Positions 40,176-53,640 of a DNA stretch of 64,000 nucleotides are shown here, piece after piece. Each line of letters starts with the position of its first letter. Positions within the stretch are counted from its first letter, which is position 1. Under the pieces are notes generated by a model that searched no databases, was not told the origin of the DNA, and saw nothing but the letters and a program-made list of their open reading frames with translations. Both the position numbers and the translations under genes were made by a program. Source of the DNA: Octopus vulgaris (taxonomy: Eukaryota); contig OX597831.1 of assembly GCA_951406725.2 (NCBI GenBank), positions 26,102,001 through 26,166,000 on the forward strand, given 5' to 3'.

Positions 40176-40528
40176 ATATATATATATATATAGATATATA
40201 TATATATATATATATATATGGGGCATATATTCACATATTATTCATGGCTATTCTTCTAACAAAGAATAAGATGTTATTGAGCAAATAGTCATTTATATAA
40301 CTGGTATTATTTTCAAAATCTACACAGCTAAACCCTGGTTTTACCACATTAAATTTACCACCTTAATCTTTTTAAATGGGGCTTGTTTTCAAACTTTTTC
40401 CTAACTAATGCAGATCAAATAAGATATTTCTCACAGATGATATGCTGAGTTACACAATGCCTTCATCATGTTGCAAAGCCATCATTTGCATCAATTGAAT
40501 TGTCTGGGATTTGTTCCTTTAACTCTTA

Positions 40529-40921
40529 CTAGCAGTATAGCCCAGCATTGCTCAGGTTTGTTTCAACCCTTTAGAATTGAAATTTTTGAAAAGTAAAAAT
40601 TTTGCATTATGTACCTTGTTATTCTCTTTAAGTGAACATTTTTCTAGTTGAAATACACCGAAAAATGGTGACACAGCAGTAAAAAAATTGTAAAAAATAG
40701 AAATTTTCATAGAAAAAAGCACCTTTTTGATGTAAATAACTTTTGGTGTAAACATGGTCCGATTTGAATTTTTTGTTATACGGAAGGAAAAGCAAGCCTT
40801 TTTCTATCATACTCTCAATTTTGGTCAACTTGTGCCGCAGGGTCTCAGAGGAGATAGTGATAGCTGAAGGCTACCAAACCTGCCATACACAAACAACTTC
40901 AGCTTTATATATATATATAGA
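40529..40921 (-). mobile_element. Non-autonomous Helitron-like element
   Basis: Minus strand begins A|TC and ends CTAG|T; degenerate subterminal hairpin GCCCAGCATTGCTCAGGT. Confidence 0.65.
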
Positions 40922-40964
40922 TTGTAGCAAGACATTTTCTTTTAAGACACTTTCCAAGCCACAA

Positions 40965-41700
40965 TGGAAGCAGAAAAACATTAACCACAAATCATTGTCA
41001 ATGCTGGAAAATACGGAGCTGTTTGAAAAGTTAGATAAATGTGTGACATGGATATTTCTGTATGTCTTGTATGGAGTTAGTTCTTCTATCATTTATGATT
41101 TAAAAGAACACAAAGAACAAATTTAGAAGTTTTATTTCTTTTTTTGATCAAAATAAAAGGTGAAAAAAGATAGTTCTCTGATAAACTGCTTTAGAGTAAC
41201 TTATATCTGAAGTTATGAATATTTCTAGCAGCTTTATTGTTGAACAAGCCAAACATTTTTAGTGTGAATATTTGCATGGAAGGTTGCACAAATTTAGAAG
41301 ATAGACATAAAAATTTCACTGCACAGTGCATCAGATGAAAAGAGGAGTGCAGGCTTAGAAGCAGAATATTTTTGTTCAAGAATTGGCTTGTTTTGTTGCA
41401 TCAAAGAAAAAGAAAATTCTGATCAAATATATGATAGGGACGAAACTGCTTTGTTTTGGTGTTGTGCACAAAGTGAAATACTTGCTCAAGACACTGAACA
41501 AAGTCCATTTGATAGCAAATGATTGACAAAAAATCAGTGTTCTTGGTTGTGGCACTGGAACGAGCAGTCAGAAATGGTAAAGGTGCACATCCTAGAACCA
41601 ATAAAGGACTGTGGATTTTTCCCTGTTTGTTATTGCCCCGACAAGGAAGAATGGCTCACAACACTATTTTTTAATAAGTTCAAGAATTCAGAGTTTTCCG
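40965..41700 (+). mobile_element. Decayed pogo/Tigger (Jerky/TIGD-like) transposase
   Basis: ELFEKLDK....LYGVSSSIIYDLKEHKEQI (psq-type HTH); DQIYDRDETALFWC near 41420-41465 (IYNADETALFW); FPVCY....EWLT. Confidence 0.7.
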
Positions 41701-42056
41701 TTCAGAAGAAAGAAACTAGAGATTTGCTGGAGTAAACAAAAATCATGACCGGTTCCAAGTGCAGTCCTGTTATACATATGTATGTTTGTGTGTGGTTTCA
41801 TGTTTGGTTACATTTGTGCCTCTCTGAAAATCACCGAACTACAAGCAGTGGTATTGCTGCGATTTTTTCCCCTGAGAACAATTTACTTCCTTTGTGCTTT
41901 TGAAGACTTCTGGAATAAATGATCCTTGACCTAAGAGTAAGTAGAGGTTAGTAATAGGAAAGCCAGCAAACAGTGAAACAAAGCACCAACAATATATTCA
42001 TATAATTCATGCTAGTATGGAAACTGGTAGAATGACTGTAACAATAAACAAACGAG

Positions 42057-42476
<420 letters not shown>

Positions 42477-42477
42477 C

Positions 42478-42897
42478 ACTAGAGTCAGTTCATGTTTTCG
42501 CAAGCAACTTGCACATGCAAATGCTATCAGTTGAAGGCTCCGCATAGCGGAAGCCAGAAAGTGTATGGGGTCATCAAGAGAAAATGCATGCTGTTTCGTG
42601 GCATCATTGTGCCCCAGCCCCCTTCTGATATGAGGCCCCACTTGCTAGATCAACTGGTTATCCAATAGAGCTCAGTATTCTTCTAGCCATTGCTCTTCGT
42701 CTCTTTTTAACCAAACCCAGTCTCTAACCTTTTCCACTATTTGGATATTGTTCATGGTAGTATTTACTTTACAATGAGTTAGGCCTAATGATAATAACAG
42801 TCACTTCACACTGTGTCCCACGATTCTTCTACTTCTGACTTAGATTGAAAAATGCTCCACTTTCCATCCTGTGTCTTCACATTTCTTGAGGAGGTTT
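42478..42897 (-). mobile_element. Hero-like REL non-LTR retrotransposon 3' end
   Basis: KKCEDTGWKVEHFSI*VRSRRIVGHSVK*LLLSLGLT...IVEKVRDWVWLKRDEEQWLEEY*, matching the C..GW....PIEVGCRG motif region. Confidence 0.7.
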
Positions 42898-43041
42898 CAA
42901 GCCTGAATTTTACTAAAATTTCAAGCCTGAATTTTACTAAAATTTCTTTAAATTGGTGCCCCAGCAGGGCCACAGTCTAAGGACTGAAACAAGTAAAAAG
43001 ATAGAAGGCACATGTAAAAGATAGAAGATACATGTGTAATG

Positions 43042-43596
43042 CAGTGGTTCTCAGTATCCTTGGCTTCATGGCATACTGAAATTATTACAAAATAGTTAGC
43101 AGCCCACTTCGTTTGGAGAGTTCAAAATTACTGAAGCATTTTCATAGCAACGTATTTATTTCATTACCGTATTTATTTTGAGATGTTCTGTGTTTCTTTC
43201 AATTAATTTTAAATATAACAAAGAATTTAGTAAAATAGCTTACTTATCATTAAGCTAGTGTTAGGAACCCAAAATTGTGACTAAGGTTTGACAAAAGATT
43301 TTAATTCAAAACTCGTGAAAATAAGACATATGTACTACAGAATTTGTACTATCAGCTGGGTTGATATCAAAAGGGTTAAAACAGTAAGTTTTATAGTTAA
43401 AATATCAAAGGAAATTAGAAAGACCATTGCTTACCTTATTTTATTAATGATACTTGCATATAGCAAAGTTACGAATTACACATCTCTAAAGTCACAGGAG
43501 AATTAGAACAAATTTTCAGAAGTCTTAAATGATATTTCCTAAAAACCAGCAATGCACATACTAATGTGGCCCCTGTGTGTCATTTTTGAACAACTG
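43042..43596. mobile_element. hAT-type MITE with nested piggyBac MITE P1 (43160-43379, minus)
   Basis: CAGTGGTTCTCA...TTGAACAACTG ends; 6/8 flanking match GTGTAATG/ATATAATG. Confidence 0.5.
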
Positions 43597-43645
43597 ATAT
43601 AATGATAAACATTCATGCACACACACTCTCATATATGTATGTGTG

Positions 43646-43913
43646 TCATCGTTTAACGTCCGCTTTCCACACTAGCATGGGTTGGACGATTTGACTGAGG
43701 ACTGGTGAACTAGATGGCTGCACCAGGCTCCAATCTGATCTGGCAGAGTTTCTACAGCTGGATGCCCTTCCTAATGCCAACCACTCTGAGAGTGTAGTGG
43801 GTGCTTTTATGTGCCACCTGCACGGGAGTCAGTCCCGCAGCACTGGCAATGACCTCCCTCGAATTTTTTTTCTCATGCTACCAGCACAAGTGCCAGTAAG
43901 GTGATGCTGCTAA

Positions 43914-43915
<2 letters not shown>
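43646..43915 (-). mobile_element. Family B
   Basis: TCATCGTTTAACGTCCGCTTTCC plus core. Confidence 0.88.
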
Positions 43916-43970
<55 letters not shown>

Positions 43971-44190
43971 TATGTATATATATTGAGAGAGGGAGAGATT
44001 TATTATAGTACAAAGTACAATTATAATTAAAGGGAAGGGGGACAGAAGAAACCATGCCTATAATCTGAAAGTAGATGCTGAACTGTCCAGCCACTTCAAC
44101 TCATCACTCCATAATACACACATGTTGAAAGCGAAGAAGAAGACTGACAGAAATACTTAAAACAATTCAGATAATTTTGTATTAACTAAT

Positions 44191-44264
<74 letters not shown>

Positions 44265-44680
44265 CAAAATTAATTAATATTGTTCTCAAACCGGCGTTAA
44301 CTACTGCAGTGAATTGTTTATGCGGTATTTATTTCCGGAAATTTGGCGCGCTGGGCGAGGGCATTTGAATATAACTATGAATGTAATAGGCCGTACTGCT
44401 CACATTTTTGGCCTCGTGTTAATATATGGCATGCAGTTCAACAAATTATATTCTTGACAGACTTACTGACGATCTACTTGTGTAAGTAAAATTGCATAAT
44501 TTATTAACAGTGAAACAATTGTATGGAGTTAATCTATATTTTTGTTATTTTTCATTTGCCCTGCCCGATTACATTCATGGTGAGCTAAATTTTTTCTTGA
44601 GAACAACTTTTCATGGCTAGCGTAAGGGAGTTCACTTTTAGTGGATTCCCTCTCATATATGTATTAATATATATATATAT

Positions 44681-44728
<48 letters not shown>

Positions 44729-44751
44729 ATAGATAGTTTCATCCTTTAGAA

Positions 44752-45046
44752 GGAAAAGTTGTTTGTTCCTTCTCGAGCCATGCCTGGCTCATAAGGGCCG
44801 GTTTCCTTGGCATATAGGTTCCCCATATGTATGGAACACCAGTCCATTGCAGGTGAGTTGCAAGATGCAGGACGAAAGAGTGAGAGAAAGTTTTGGCGAA
44901 AGAGTCAGCAGAAGTTCGCCATTACCTTCTGCTTTATGGAGCTTAGATGTTTCACTCATAAACACACACATCAACCGGTCAGAGATTCGAACCCATGATC
45001 CCACAACCGCATGTCCACAGCTCTAAATACTAGGCCATGTGCCTTC
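44752..45046 (-). mobile_element. tRNA-headed SINE (family D-related head, different body)
   Basis: Minus strand GAAGGCACATGGCCTAGT...GGGTTCGAATCTC with A/B boxes. Confidence 0.7.
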
Positions 45047-45152
45047 ATATATATATAAATATATATATATGTGTATGTATATATATATACATACACACAC
45101 ACACACACATATATATATATACATACACACACACACATATATATATATACAT

Positions 45153-45190
<38 letters not shown>

Positions 45191-45419
45191 GCATATATAC
45201 ATATATATATATATATACACACACACATATATATATATATGTCATATGTCTATATATACATATATATACAAAGAGAGAGAGTGAGATACATACATGAACA
45301 CACAGAAACTTACATATGTGTATGTACAAATAAATGTTAGTTAATAAACTATAGGCATATAAGCATGTACAGATATATAAATATATGTATGTGTGTGGGT
45401 GTGTGTGTGGGTGTCTACC

Positions 45420-45640
45420 ATCAACATCATCCTAATTTAACGTCCACTTTCCATGCTGGCATGGGTTAGATGGTTTGACTGGAACTGGTAAGGTAAACCA
45501 GAGAACTGCAGGATGTTCCAGTCTGATTTGGCATGGTTTCTATGGCCGGATGCCTCTTTCCTAATGCCAACCACTCCAAGAGTGTAATGGTTGTTGTTTA
45601 CACGCCACCGGCACGGGTGCCATGTATACGACACCAGCAA
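45420..45640 (-). mobile_element. Family B, diverged
   Basis: TTTAACGTCCACTTTCCATGCTGGCATGGG. Confidence 0.75.
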
Positions 45641-45729
45641 CAATCACTACTATGATTTCATTGGTGCCATTTACATGACATGTATGTAGAATATCTGTGT
45701 GGATGTATGTGTGCTTGTATATAAAGTGA

Positions 45730-45763
<34 letters not shown>

Positions 45764-45860
45764 ACTTGCATTACATATATAAACATATGCTTTATCAGTT
45801 TATATCATTTTTGACATACTAATTTTTTCACTTCTCCCTTATTTCTCAGACACACATACG

Positions 45861-45909
<49 letters not shown>

Positions 45910-46120
45910 ATGCATATATATATATATATATATATAACAGAAATTACTTCACTCATTATCTGTCTTTCTCTTAAATATAATAAATGTGTTCTGTTTATAA
46001 TTGTCTACCTGTGTGTGTATGTATATATATACATATATATATATAAGTGCATTTGTATACATGTGTATATATTTATATATATATATATATATATATGTAT
46101 TTGTTTTTGTAGGCATGTAT

Positions 46121-46175
<55 letters not shown>

Positions 46176-46595
46176 CACATGCACATACACATGCACAGAA
46201 TCATGTATGTACATATACATATAAGATGGAATAAGTATGCTTGTAATTTGTGCATGTATGTGTATATGTGTGATGTTTCTGTGTGCATGTGTATATGTTT
46301 GTGTGTGTATGTGTGTGTGTGTGTGTGTGAACAAGTATCTTAATTAGTTTGCTTTAGGGTATATTTCTTACATTTATCTATTCAATTTTTATTTATTTGT
46401 TTCGGTGTAGAGTAGAGAATTGAATTTCTTTCATCAGCGGATACCTGATCATTTAGCACCTGTATAAAAAAGAAGAAAGAAAAAAAATATATATAGTTAC
46501 TCGCTTGAATTAGAAAAGGTAAAAACAAAACAAAAAAAAGGCTGATTGAGTTTTTACCATATTGTCTGCTTAGATCAATAAACACATTCACTAAG

Positions 46596-46671
46596 ATGTC
46601 TCCTTGCAAACTACTCTGTGAAAGTCTTGCAACCAAAGTTGGCTTACACCGTTCACATACAAAGCTGACAG
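46596..46671 (+). CDS. Candidate first coding exon MSPCKLLCESLATKVGLHRSHTKLT (phase 1)
   Basis: AAGATG start; 25 codons + 1 nt; strong donor CAG|GTAAGA at 46672; possible acceptor TAG at 46571-46573. Confidence 0.4.
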
Positions 46672-47854
46672 GTAAGAAATGCTTAGTGGAATTATATCTC
46701 CCTACCATACGTTATTTTACTAAATAGTTGAAGAATATTAAAATAATTGGTACCACATTCCATAAACTGTAATATTGGTTAATGTAGCACATTGAGAAAT
46801 GACACGGTTCGAGTATGTTGTTTATTGAAAAGAAGAGAATGAGAGAATGATAGAAAAATAAAAAGAAAAATATTCATTTTTTTTTCCTCTTTACAGAATT
46901 GTGTCAGTAAAATTTTAGAGAATACTAAATATTAGTAAAATATTAAATACTAAATATTTGTAAAATATTAAATACTAAATGTTAGTAAAATTCATTTAAT
47001 ATTCATTTCAATATTGTGTGAAGGAATTTAGCTAAATTTGATATATTTTAAATATGAATGCAGAAATAATAGATTAAGACTTGAATTAAACATCACTGTG
47101 AATTCATTTTGAATGGTTTTATATTTTGTTTCCTAATGAACTGATTTCATATCTCATATCAGTAAGACGTATGTATATGTGATTATGTGTGTGTAAGTTT
47201 AGATATACACGTATGAGTGTCTGAGGTGTGGTATAATACGGATACACTATGCGCACACACACATATGCAGACGCACAAAAACATGCACACACACTCACAC
47301 ACACATATATACACATGCATGCACATATACACACACATGCATTCAGTCGTAATGATAGAGCTCTCTGCCTCATAGCCAAGCCTTGCTATTAATGAGTGAC
47401 CTACAGTCTGTAATTACTTACCCACCATGTGCCTGTGTCCACCTGCTGACGCTTTGACAGCTACTAATACAATAACTATGTCATCCCAAATCTTTTCATC
47501 TATATTTACTCTCTATACATCAAACTCTGTTTTACTTGTCAAATTCACTTAATAAGCACTATCATATATATATATACATATATACACATATTTATACACA
47601 CACATACACATATATACATATTTATATATACATATATATAAATAAACACACTCACACACACATATATATACATACATACACATGTATGCGTACATATATA
47701 TATATAAGTAATAAAGGGTACTATCTTTAGCATGCTGGTGCTACAAGTAGTATCCTTCCTTATTAATTGATAATTTTACATTTATGGTTCTTTTATTCAT
47801 GCTAGCCACTGACATTGTTGTCAATTATAAACAGTAATATCCTTATATATATAT

Positions 47855-47890
<36 letters not shown>

Positions 47891-47924
47891 ATTGATAGAT
47901 AGATAGATAGATGCATACACACAC

Positions 47925-48125
47925 TCTTTTACTTGTTTCAGTCATTTGACTGTGGCCATGCTGGAGCACTGCCTTTAGTCGAGCAAATCGACCCCAGGAC
48001 TTATTCTTTGTAAGCCTAGCATTTATTCTATCGGTCTCTTTTGCTGAACCGCTAAGTTATGGGGACGTAAACACACCAGCATCTGTTGTCAAGCGATGTT
48101 GGGGGGACAAACGCAGACACACAAA
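47925..48125 (-). mobile_element. SINE family A 3' half
   Basis: Reverse complement tail and body. Confidence 0.85.
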
Positions 48126-48158
48126 CACACACAAACACATATATATATATATACATAC

Positions 48159-48204
<46 letters not shown>

Positions 48205-48213
48205 GTATATATA

Positions 48214-48249
48214 GGGGGGAGTTTCTATTTTCTTTTTTTAACATATTTC

Positions 48250-48301
<52 letters not shown>

Positions 48302-48340
48302 CATACATACATATATATATATATATATAGGGGAGTTTCA

Positions 48341-48392
<52 letters not shown>

Positions 48393-48527
48393 TAAGGTAC
48401 TCAATACATAAGGTAAAATTAATTTATATATAGAAGTTTCTATTTTGTTTTTGTAACATATTTCTATTATATATATATATATATATATATATACATACAT
48501 ACATATATACATACATACATATATACA

Positions 48528-48592
<65 letters not shown>

Positions 48593-48625
48593 GGAGTTTC
48601 TATTTTGTTTTTGTAACATATTTCT

Positions 48626-48630
<5 letters not shown>
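48214..48630. repeat. Compound tandem repeat: about 40-bp unit GGGGAGTTTCTATTTTGTTTTTGTAACATATTTCTAT, four copies separated by TA tracts
   Basis: Units near 48214, 48329 (short), 48432 and 48589. Confidence 0.8.
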
Positions 48631-48675
<45 letters not shown>

Positions 48676-48964
48676 TGTATATATATATTGATGTAAGGTG
48701 GACTGGCTTGCTTTAGTATTTCAGTGCTCCTTCAAATTGTCACAACAGTTACTATATATTAATTCAAAACAAATCCCTCTGCCCCACTATTCAAGCTAAT
48801 GACAAATACAATTCAAAGTATTCTTTCAGCAAAACCGAAAGGAATACACTAAGCCCCTTAGTAATCCAAATACTAAACAATTTCTTTCATAAGTTTCTGG
48901 TTTATTGCATAGCTAGTGGGAGGCAAGCCTGCTTGTGTGTGCATACATATATATATATATATGT

Positions 48965-49317
48965 GGAGGCACAGTGGTCCAGTGGTTAGGGCAGCAGACT
49001 TGCAGTCGTAGGATCATAGTTTCAATTCCCAGACCGGGCGTTGTGAGTGTTTATTGAGTGAAAACACATAAAGCGACCCCTGTTGTAGTCTTTCACCATA
49101 ACTTTCTCTCACTCTTTCTTCTTGTTTCCGTTGTATCTGTATTTTGAAGAGCCAGCCTTGTCACACTGTGCCATGCTGAATCTCCCCGAGAGCTAAACTA
49201 TGTTAAGGGTATACATGCCTGTGGAGTACTCAGCCACTTGCACATTCATTTCACAAGCAGGCTGTTCCATTGATCGGATCAACTGGAACCCTCGTCGTCA
49301 TAACTAACAGAGTGCCA
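48965..49317 (+). mobile_element. SINE family D variant
   Basis: GGAGGCACAGTGGTCCAGTGGTTAGGG head; 3' half matches 32590-32757. Confidence 0.8.
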
Positions 49318-49395
<78 letters not shown>

Positions 49396-49460
49396 TGGAG
49401 TAAACACATAAATGTGAAAAAGGTGGAAAAAGAGTACTCAAATACCAGTGGTAGAGTAAT

Positions 49461-49624
49461 ATACTTTATTTAAAGCAGCAGAAAATTCAACAAAACCTGT
49501 TACTCTGAGTTTCACGTTCCCGTTCATCGGACAGTTTTTGCTAGAAAAACCTGTCCGACGAACGGGAACGTAAAACTCAGAGTAACAGGTTTTGTTGAAT
49601 TTTCTGCTGCTTTAAATAAGGTAT
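49461..49624. ncRNA. 164-bp palindrome holding two opposed minimal hammerhead-like motifs
   Basis: Minus 49496-49534 reads CUGU-CCGAUGA-ACGGGAACGU-GAAA-CUCAGAG-UA-ACAGG; plus copy 49550-49589 has AAAA for GAAA. Confidence 0.65.
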
Positions 49625-50241
49625 ATATATATATATATATATACTTACATCTCCATTTCAGTGTGTGAAAAACAACATTCTTTCATATGTTCATCTGCCT
49701 ACATATACATCCAAATATACATACATACATACACAGATACATAGATGCATGCATACATACATACATACATACATACATACATACATACATACATACATAC
49801 ATACATACATAAATGTATGTATGTGCATGCATGCATTAGTGTAGGTGTGTACATATGTATGTATATACGTTTGTATGTACGCATGCATGCATCTATGTTA
49901 ATGATTACATTTATTCTCATAACACCTATTTTTCCATGCTGGTATAGGTTAGATGGGGAGAGAATTGTATTTAAGCAGAATTTTGTCCAGAATTTTGCCT
50001 AATAGCCCTGCTCTTTCAGTAATTATCCCATACCTGTTTTTCAAGTAAGGGATTTTAATTCCAGAGTATTTGAAAGTAGATGGCAATCAGCCAGTATATC
50101 AATAAGGAGCATAAACATTATCACTGTTCTGCTCAGATACAAACATAGGATACCTAGTTTTATGCACATTTGTGTTTTTGCACGTATGCACACACACACA
50201 TGCATGCACATTTGTATGTACATATATATATACACACATAT

Positions 50242-50278
<37 letters not shown>

Positions 50279-50380
50279 AATAGATAGATATATTTACTGA
50301 AAGAGAGGAGAAAAGAGAAAGCATATGACAGGCAGCAGGCTTCCTGTTGTTACCATCTACCAAATAGACCAGGTATATAT

Positions 50381-50439
<59 letters not shown>

Positions 50440-50491
50440 TATGTATGTATATATATATATATATGTATGTATATATATATATATATGTATG

Positions 50492-50522
<31 letters not shown>

Positions 50523-50674
50523 GTATGTATGTATGTACGTATGTATGTATGTATGTATGTATGTATGTATGCATGTATGTATGTATATAATGGAGAAATT
50601 ATACAAAATGTATATATAGATATATATATACAAAATATATATATAATATGTATATATGAGTAAAGCACTGGCAC

Positions 50675-50985
50675 ATGTTCTGAGTTCAAATTCTGTTGAG
50701 CTCGACTTTGCCTTTCATCCTTTCAGGGTCAATAAATTAAATACCAGTGAAAAACTGGATTGATGTAATCGACTATCCCCTCCCCCAAAATTTCAGGCCT
50801 TGTGCCTTTAGTAGAAAGGATTATATAGGCGGTATATATATTCTGAGTTCAAATTCCACCTGAGTCAACTTTGCCTTTCATCTCCTCAGGGTTGATAAAA
50901 TAAATTCCTGCCAAGCACTAGGGTCGATGTAACTAACTAACCCTTTCTCCCTATAATTGCTGGCTATCTGCCAAAATTTGAAATA
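50675..50985 (+). mobile_element. Two adjacent 5'-truncated family C SINEs
   Basis: TTCTGAGTTCAAATTC...CTTTGCCTTTCATC at about 50678 and 50841. Confidence 0.75.
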
Positions 50986-51100
50986 ATTATACAGCCATCA
51001 TCGTTACATATCATATACTTCTGCAGCATGTTGATGACACCACCATGAAAGTTTTCTCAATTAAGAGCAAATTCTCTGACCAGATGAAGCCTTAGCATTA

Positions 51101-51594
51101 CCATAAATCCTCGAGTATAGTCCGCCCTTGAGTATAATACGCAGGGGATTTTTAGTGGGTTGTACCTCTGAAAAACCTAAACCTTGTGTATAATACGCGC
51201 CCCTTCTCTAACTTGAGTCAAGGAGGTCTATATAATGTCCTTGGTTTGTAAAACTGTATACGGTAACGTCCTTTATTATTATTGTACATATAACATAATG
51301 CAAACGTGTAGCTTTTTTGTGCATTTTGTTTGCAGAAAATAAAGAAATAACAGTAATAATGTTTATTAAATGTTGCTTACTGCAAGTTATGGATGATTCT
51401 TTTATGACTTCATTGCTTTCAGGCTTACCTTAAGGTATTTTCATGCCCGACATCACATAATGCATCTGAATAAATATTGCCGGACAGCAAAAAGAGACAT
51501 ATTTTTCATCTTTAACTTCATATATAGTACGCACTAGGGATTTTGACCTTTAAATTTTGGGAAAAAAATGTGGATTATACTCAAGGATTTACGG
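51101..51594. mobile_element. Tc2/pogo-type MITE
   Basis: TA|CCATAAATCCTCGAGTATA...TATACTCAAGGATTTACGG|TA; second copy at 58688-59191. Confidence 0.85.
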
Positions 51595-51926
51595 TACTTC
51601 TCAGAGTGTTTTCTTGGCAGAGATATCAGGGTGCCATTACCTTCCCCAACTGTATTTCGTTGGTCCACAAGGAGCTCATTCCGCCATTCAACAGGTTTTG
51701 TTTTTAGTCCTACAGGATATCCAGACAACCTCCTCACAACAGTAGCAAGCTATTCAAGTGAGGGAGCTAGTTTACTTGCTGACCACTTGACCATGGAACA
51801 GGTCATAGTAGTTTACATAGTACCAGTAGCAAGTCTCATTAGCTTGTGATGAGATCCCTGACCTAACTATTAATTATGCTAGAAGTAGATGAATATTACT
51901 CAGTTACATTGTCCTCTTACTTTAAC

Positions 51927-52105
51927 TTAACCCTTTAACATTGAAACCAGCCATATCAGGCCCAGATATTCTACCTGTTTTGTGTTCAAACTGACTGGAT
52001 CAGGCCTATCACAACTACTCTGCAATGTCATTCTATAAGTAAACAAATTCATCATTGAAATCTCAAAGCTATGAGGTAAAGTATTAGAAATTACTAATTC
52101 TTTAC
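51927..52105 (+). mobile_element. piggyBac-type MITE P2, partial
   Basis: TTAACCCTTTAACATTGAAACCAGCCATATC. Confidence 0.7.
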
Positions 52106-52360
52106 ACATGTATTTATATATTATCTGAACAGTTTAAAATAAATAAATAAACATAGTATACTGTCTAACAGCTGATGAATTCTACCTCTGGATTCCCTCC
52201 ATTTTCTTCTTGCAATATAAATTAAGGGTAAAACCACTTATTACCCTCGCCTAATTATTATACTCGGTGGGGTAATTGCCACACATTAATCAATACTTGT
52301 GTAATAATTAGGTATTCTACCAGCAGTATATTGGATAGGAAGAATTCAAACACTGATGTG

Positions 52361-52588
52361 TTAAACCTTTAGTGTTTAAACCGGCTGTATCCGGCCCAAA
52401 TATTCTACACATTTTATGCTCAAACTGGTCAGAACATGCATCTCACACCTACCCTGCAATGTCACTCCAAAAATAAGCCATTACATCTTTCCTATCTTGA
52501 AGCTACAAAATAATATCAGATAAATTTTTTTAAATGTGAATAAATAAGGATTACTTTTGACAAATTAATCTGAACGCTAAAGGGTTAA
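52361..52588 (+). mobile_element. piggyBac-type MITE P2
   Basis: TTAA|ACCTTTAG...CTAAAGGG|TTAA. Confidence 0.85.
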
Positions 52589-52590
52589 AT

Positions 52591-52924
52591 CAGATGTTCT
52601 CAACCATTTTTTTTATCTGTGGACCCCTTTGAATGCTATTTTTTTCTGGTGGACCCTCATAGCCATTTGGGGTTTAAAAACTAGTTTTATATAAACTTTT
52701 TTCAAAGTTCCTATTTTGTTTTTCACACCTTAATTTGTATAGGTTAAACTATGTAACATGTTCGAGAAAGAAACCCAGCTGTTTCTTTCAATACATACCA
52801 GTACATACATCTAAAGTAAAAATTTTTAGGGTCCCTTAAAATACTATTGTGGTTCCCCAATTTACTATGTTGTTGTTGAGTGGACCCTCCAAAATCTTAT
52901 ATGGACCCTGGTTGAGAACCACTG
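52591..52924. mobile_element. hAT (Charlie-like) MITE
   Basis: TIRs CAGATGTTCTCAACC / GGTTGAGAACCACTG; 8-bp TSD GGTTAAAT/TGTTAAAT. Confidence 0.85.
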
Positions 52925-53030
52925 TGTTAAATGTAGCTGTGCCTGTGGGGCACAAGGCATATAATCTCACAGAGATATCTATATATCAGCTTATGTTGAT
53001 AAATCAAAATTAAGGGGAACAGTATTAACA

Positions 53031-53437
53031 GGCACAGGCGTGGCTGTGTGATAAGAAGCTAGCTTCTCAAGCACATGATTCCGGGTTCAGTCCATCTGCA
53101 TGGCACCTTGGGCAAATGTCATCTGCTATAGCCTCGGGTTGACCAAAGCCTTGTGAGTGGATTTGGTAGATGGAAACTGAAAGAAGCCTGTCATATATAT
53201 ATGTGTCTGTGTGTGTGTGTGTGTGTGTGTGTTTGTGTGTCTATGTTTGTTCCCCCACCATTGCTTGACAACCTATGTTGGTGTGTTTACATCTCCACAA
53301 CTTAGCAGTTCAGCAAAAGTGGTCAATAGAATAAGTACTAGGCTTACAAAGAATGAGTCCTGGTATCAGTTTGTTCAACTAAAGGTGGTGCTCCAGCATG
53401 GCCGCAGTCAAATGACTGAAACAAGTAAAAGAGTAAA
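53031..53437 (+). mobile_element. SINE family A, full length
   Basis: Complete head to tail. Confidence 0.92.
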
Positions 53438-53640
53438 AAAACCCTTTAGAATTCAGACTACTCTGTTTTGAATTATTCATAAAATAGTCTTGTAGCTTCA
53501 AGATTTAAACGAAGTGATTCTTCATTTTTAGAATGACATTGTAGGGTAGGTATGATGGGCCAGATCTGAACTCTGGCTAGATCATAAAACATGTAGAATA
53601 TATGGGATGGATATGGCCCGTTTAAATGCTAAAGAGTTAA
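53438..53640 (-). mobile_element. piggyBac-type MITE P2
   Basis: CCCTTTAG...TTTAAATGCTAAAGAG|TTAA. Confidence 0.75.

Noticed and set aside
46395-46442. Minus-strand CUGAUGA...GAAAC
   Set aside because: No stem II closure and no stem I/III pairing
48214-48630. Repeat-spacer pattern resembling CRISPR
   Set aside because: Eukaryotic context, spacers are TA microsatellites, no cas genes
51597-51880. Possible RTE-related element (minus GGGGAAGGTAATGGCA...GCCAAGAAAAC)
   Set aside because: Only a short motif resemblance; boundaries cannot be supported
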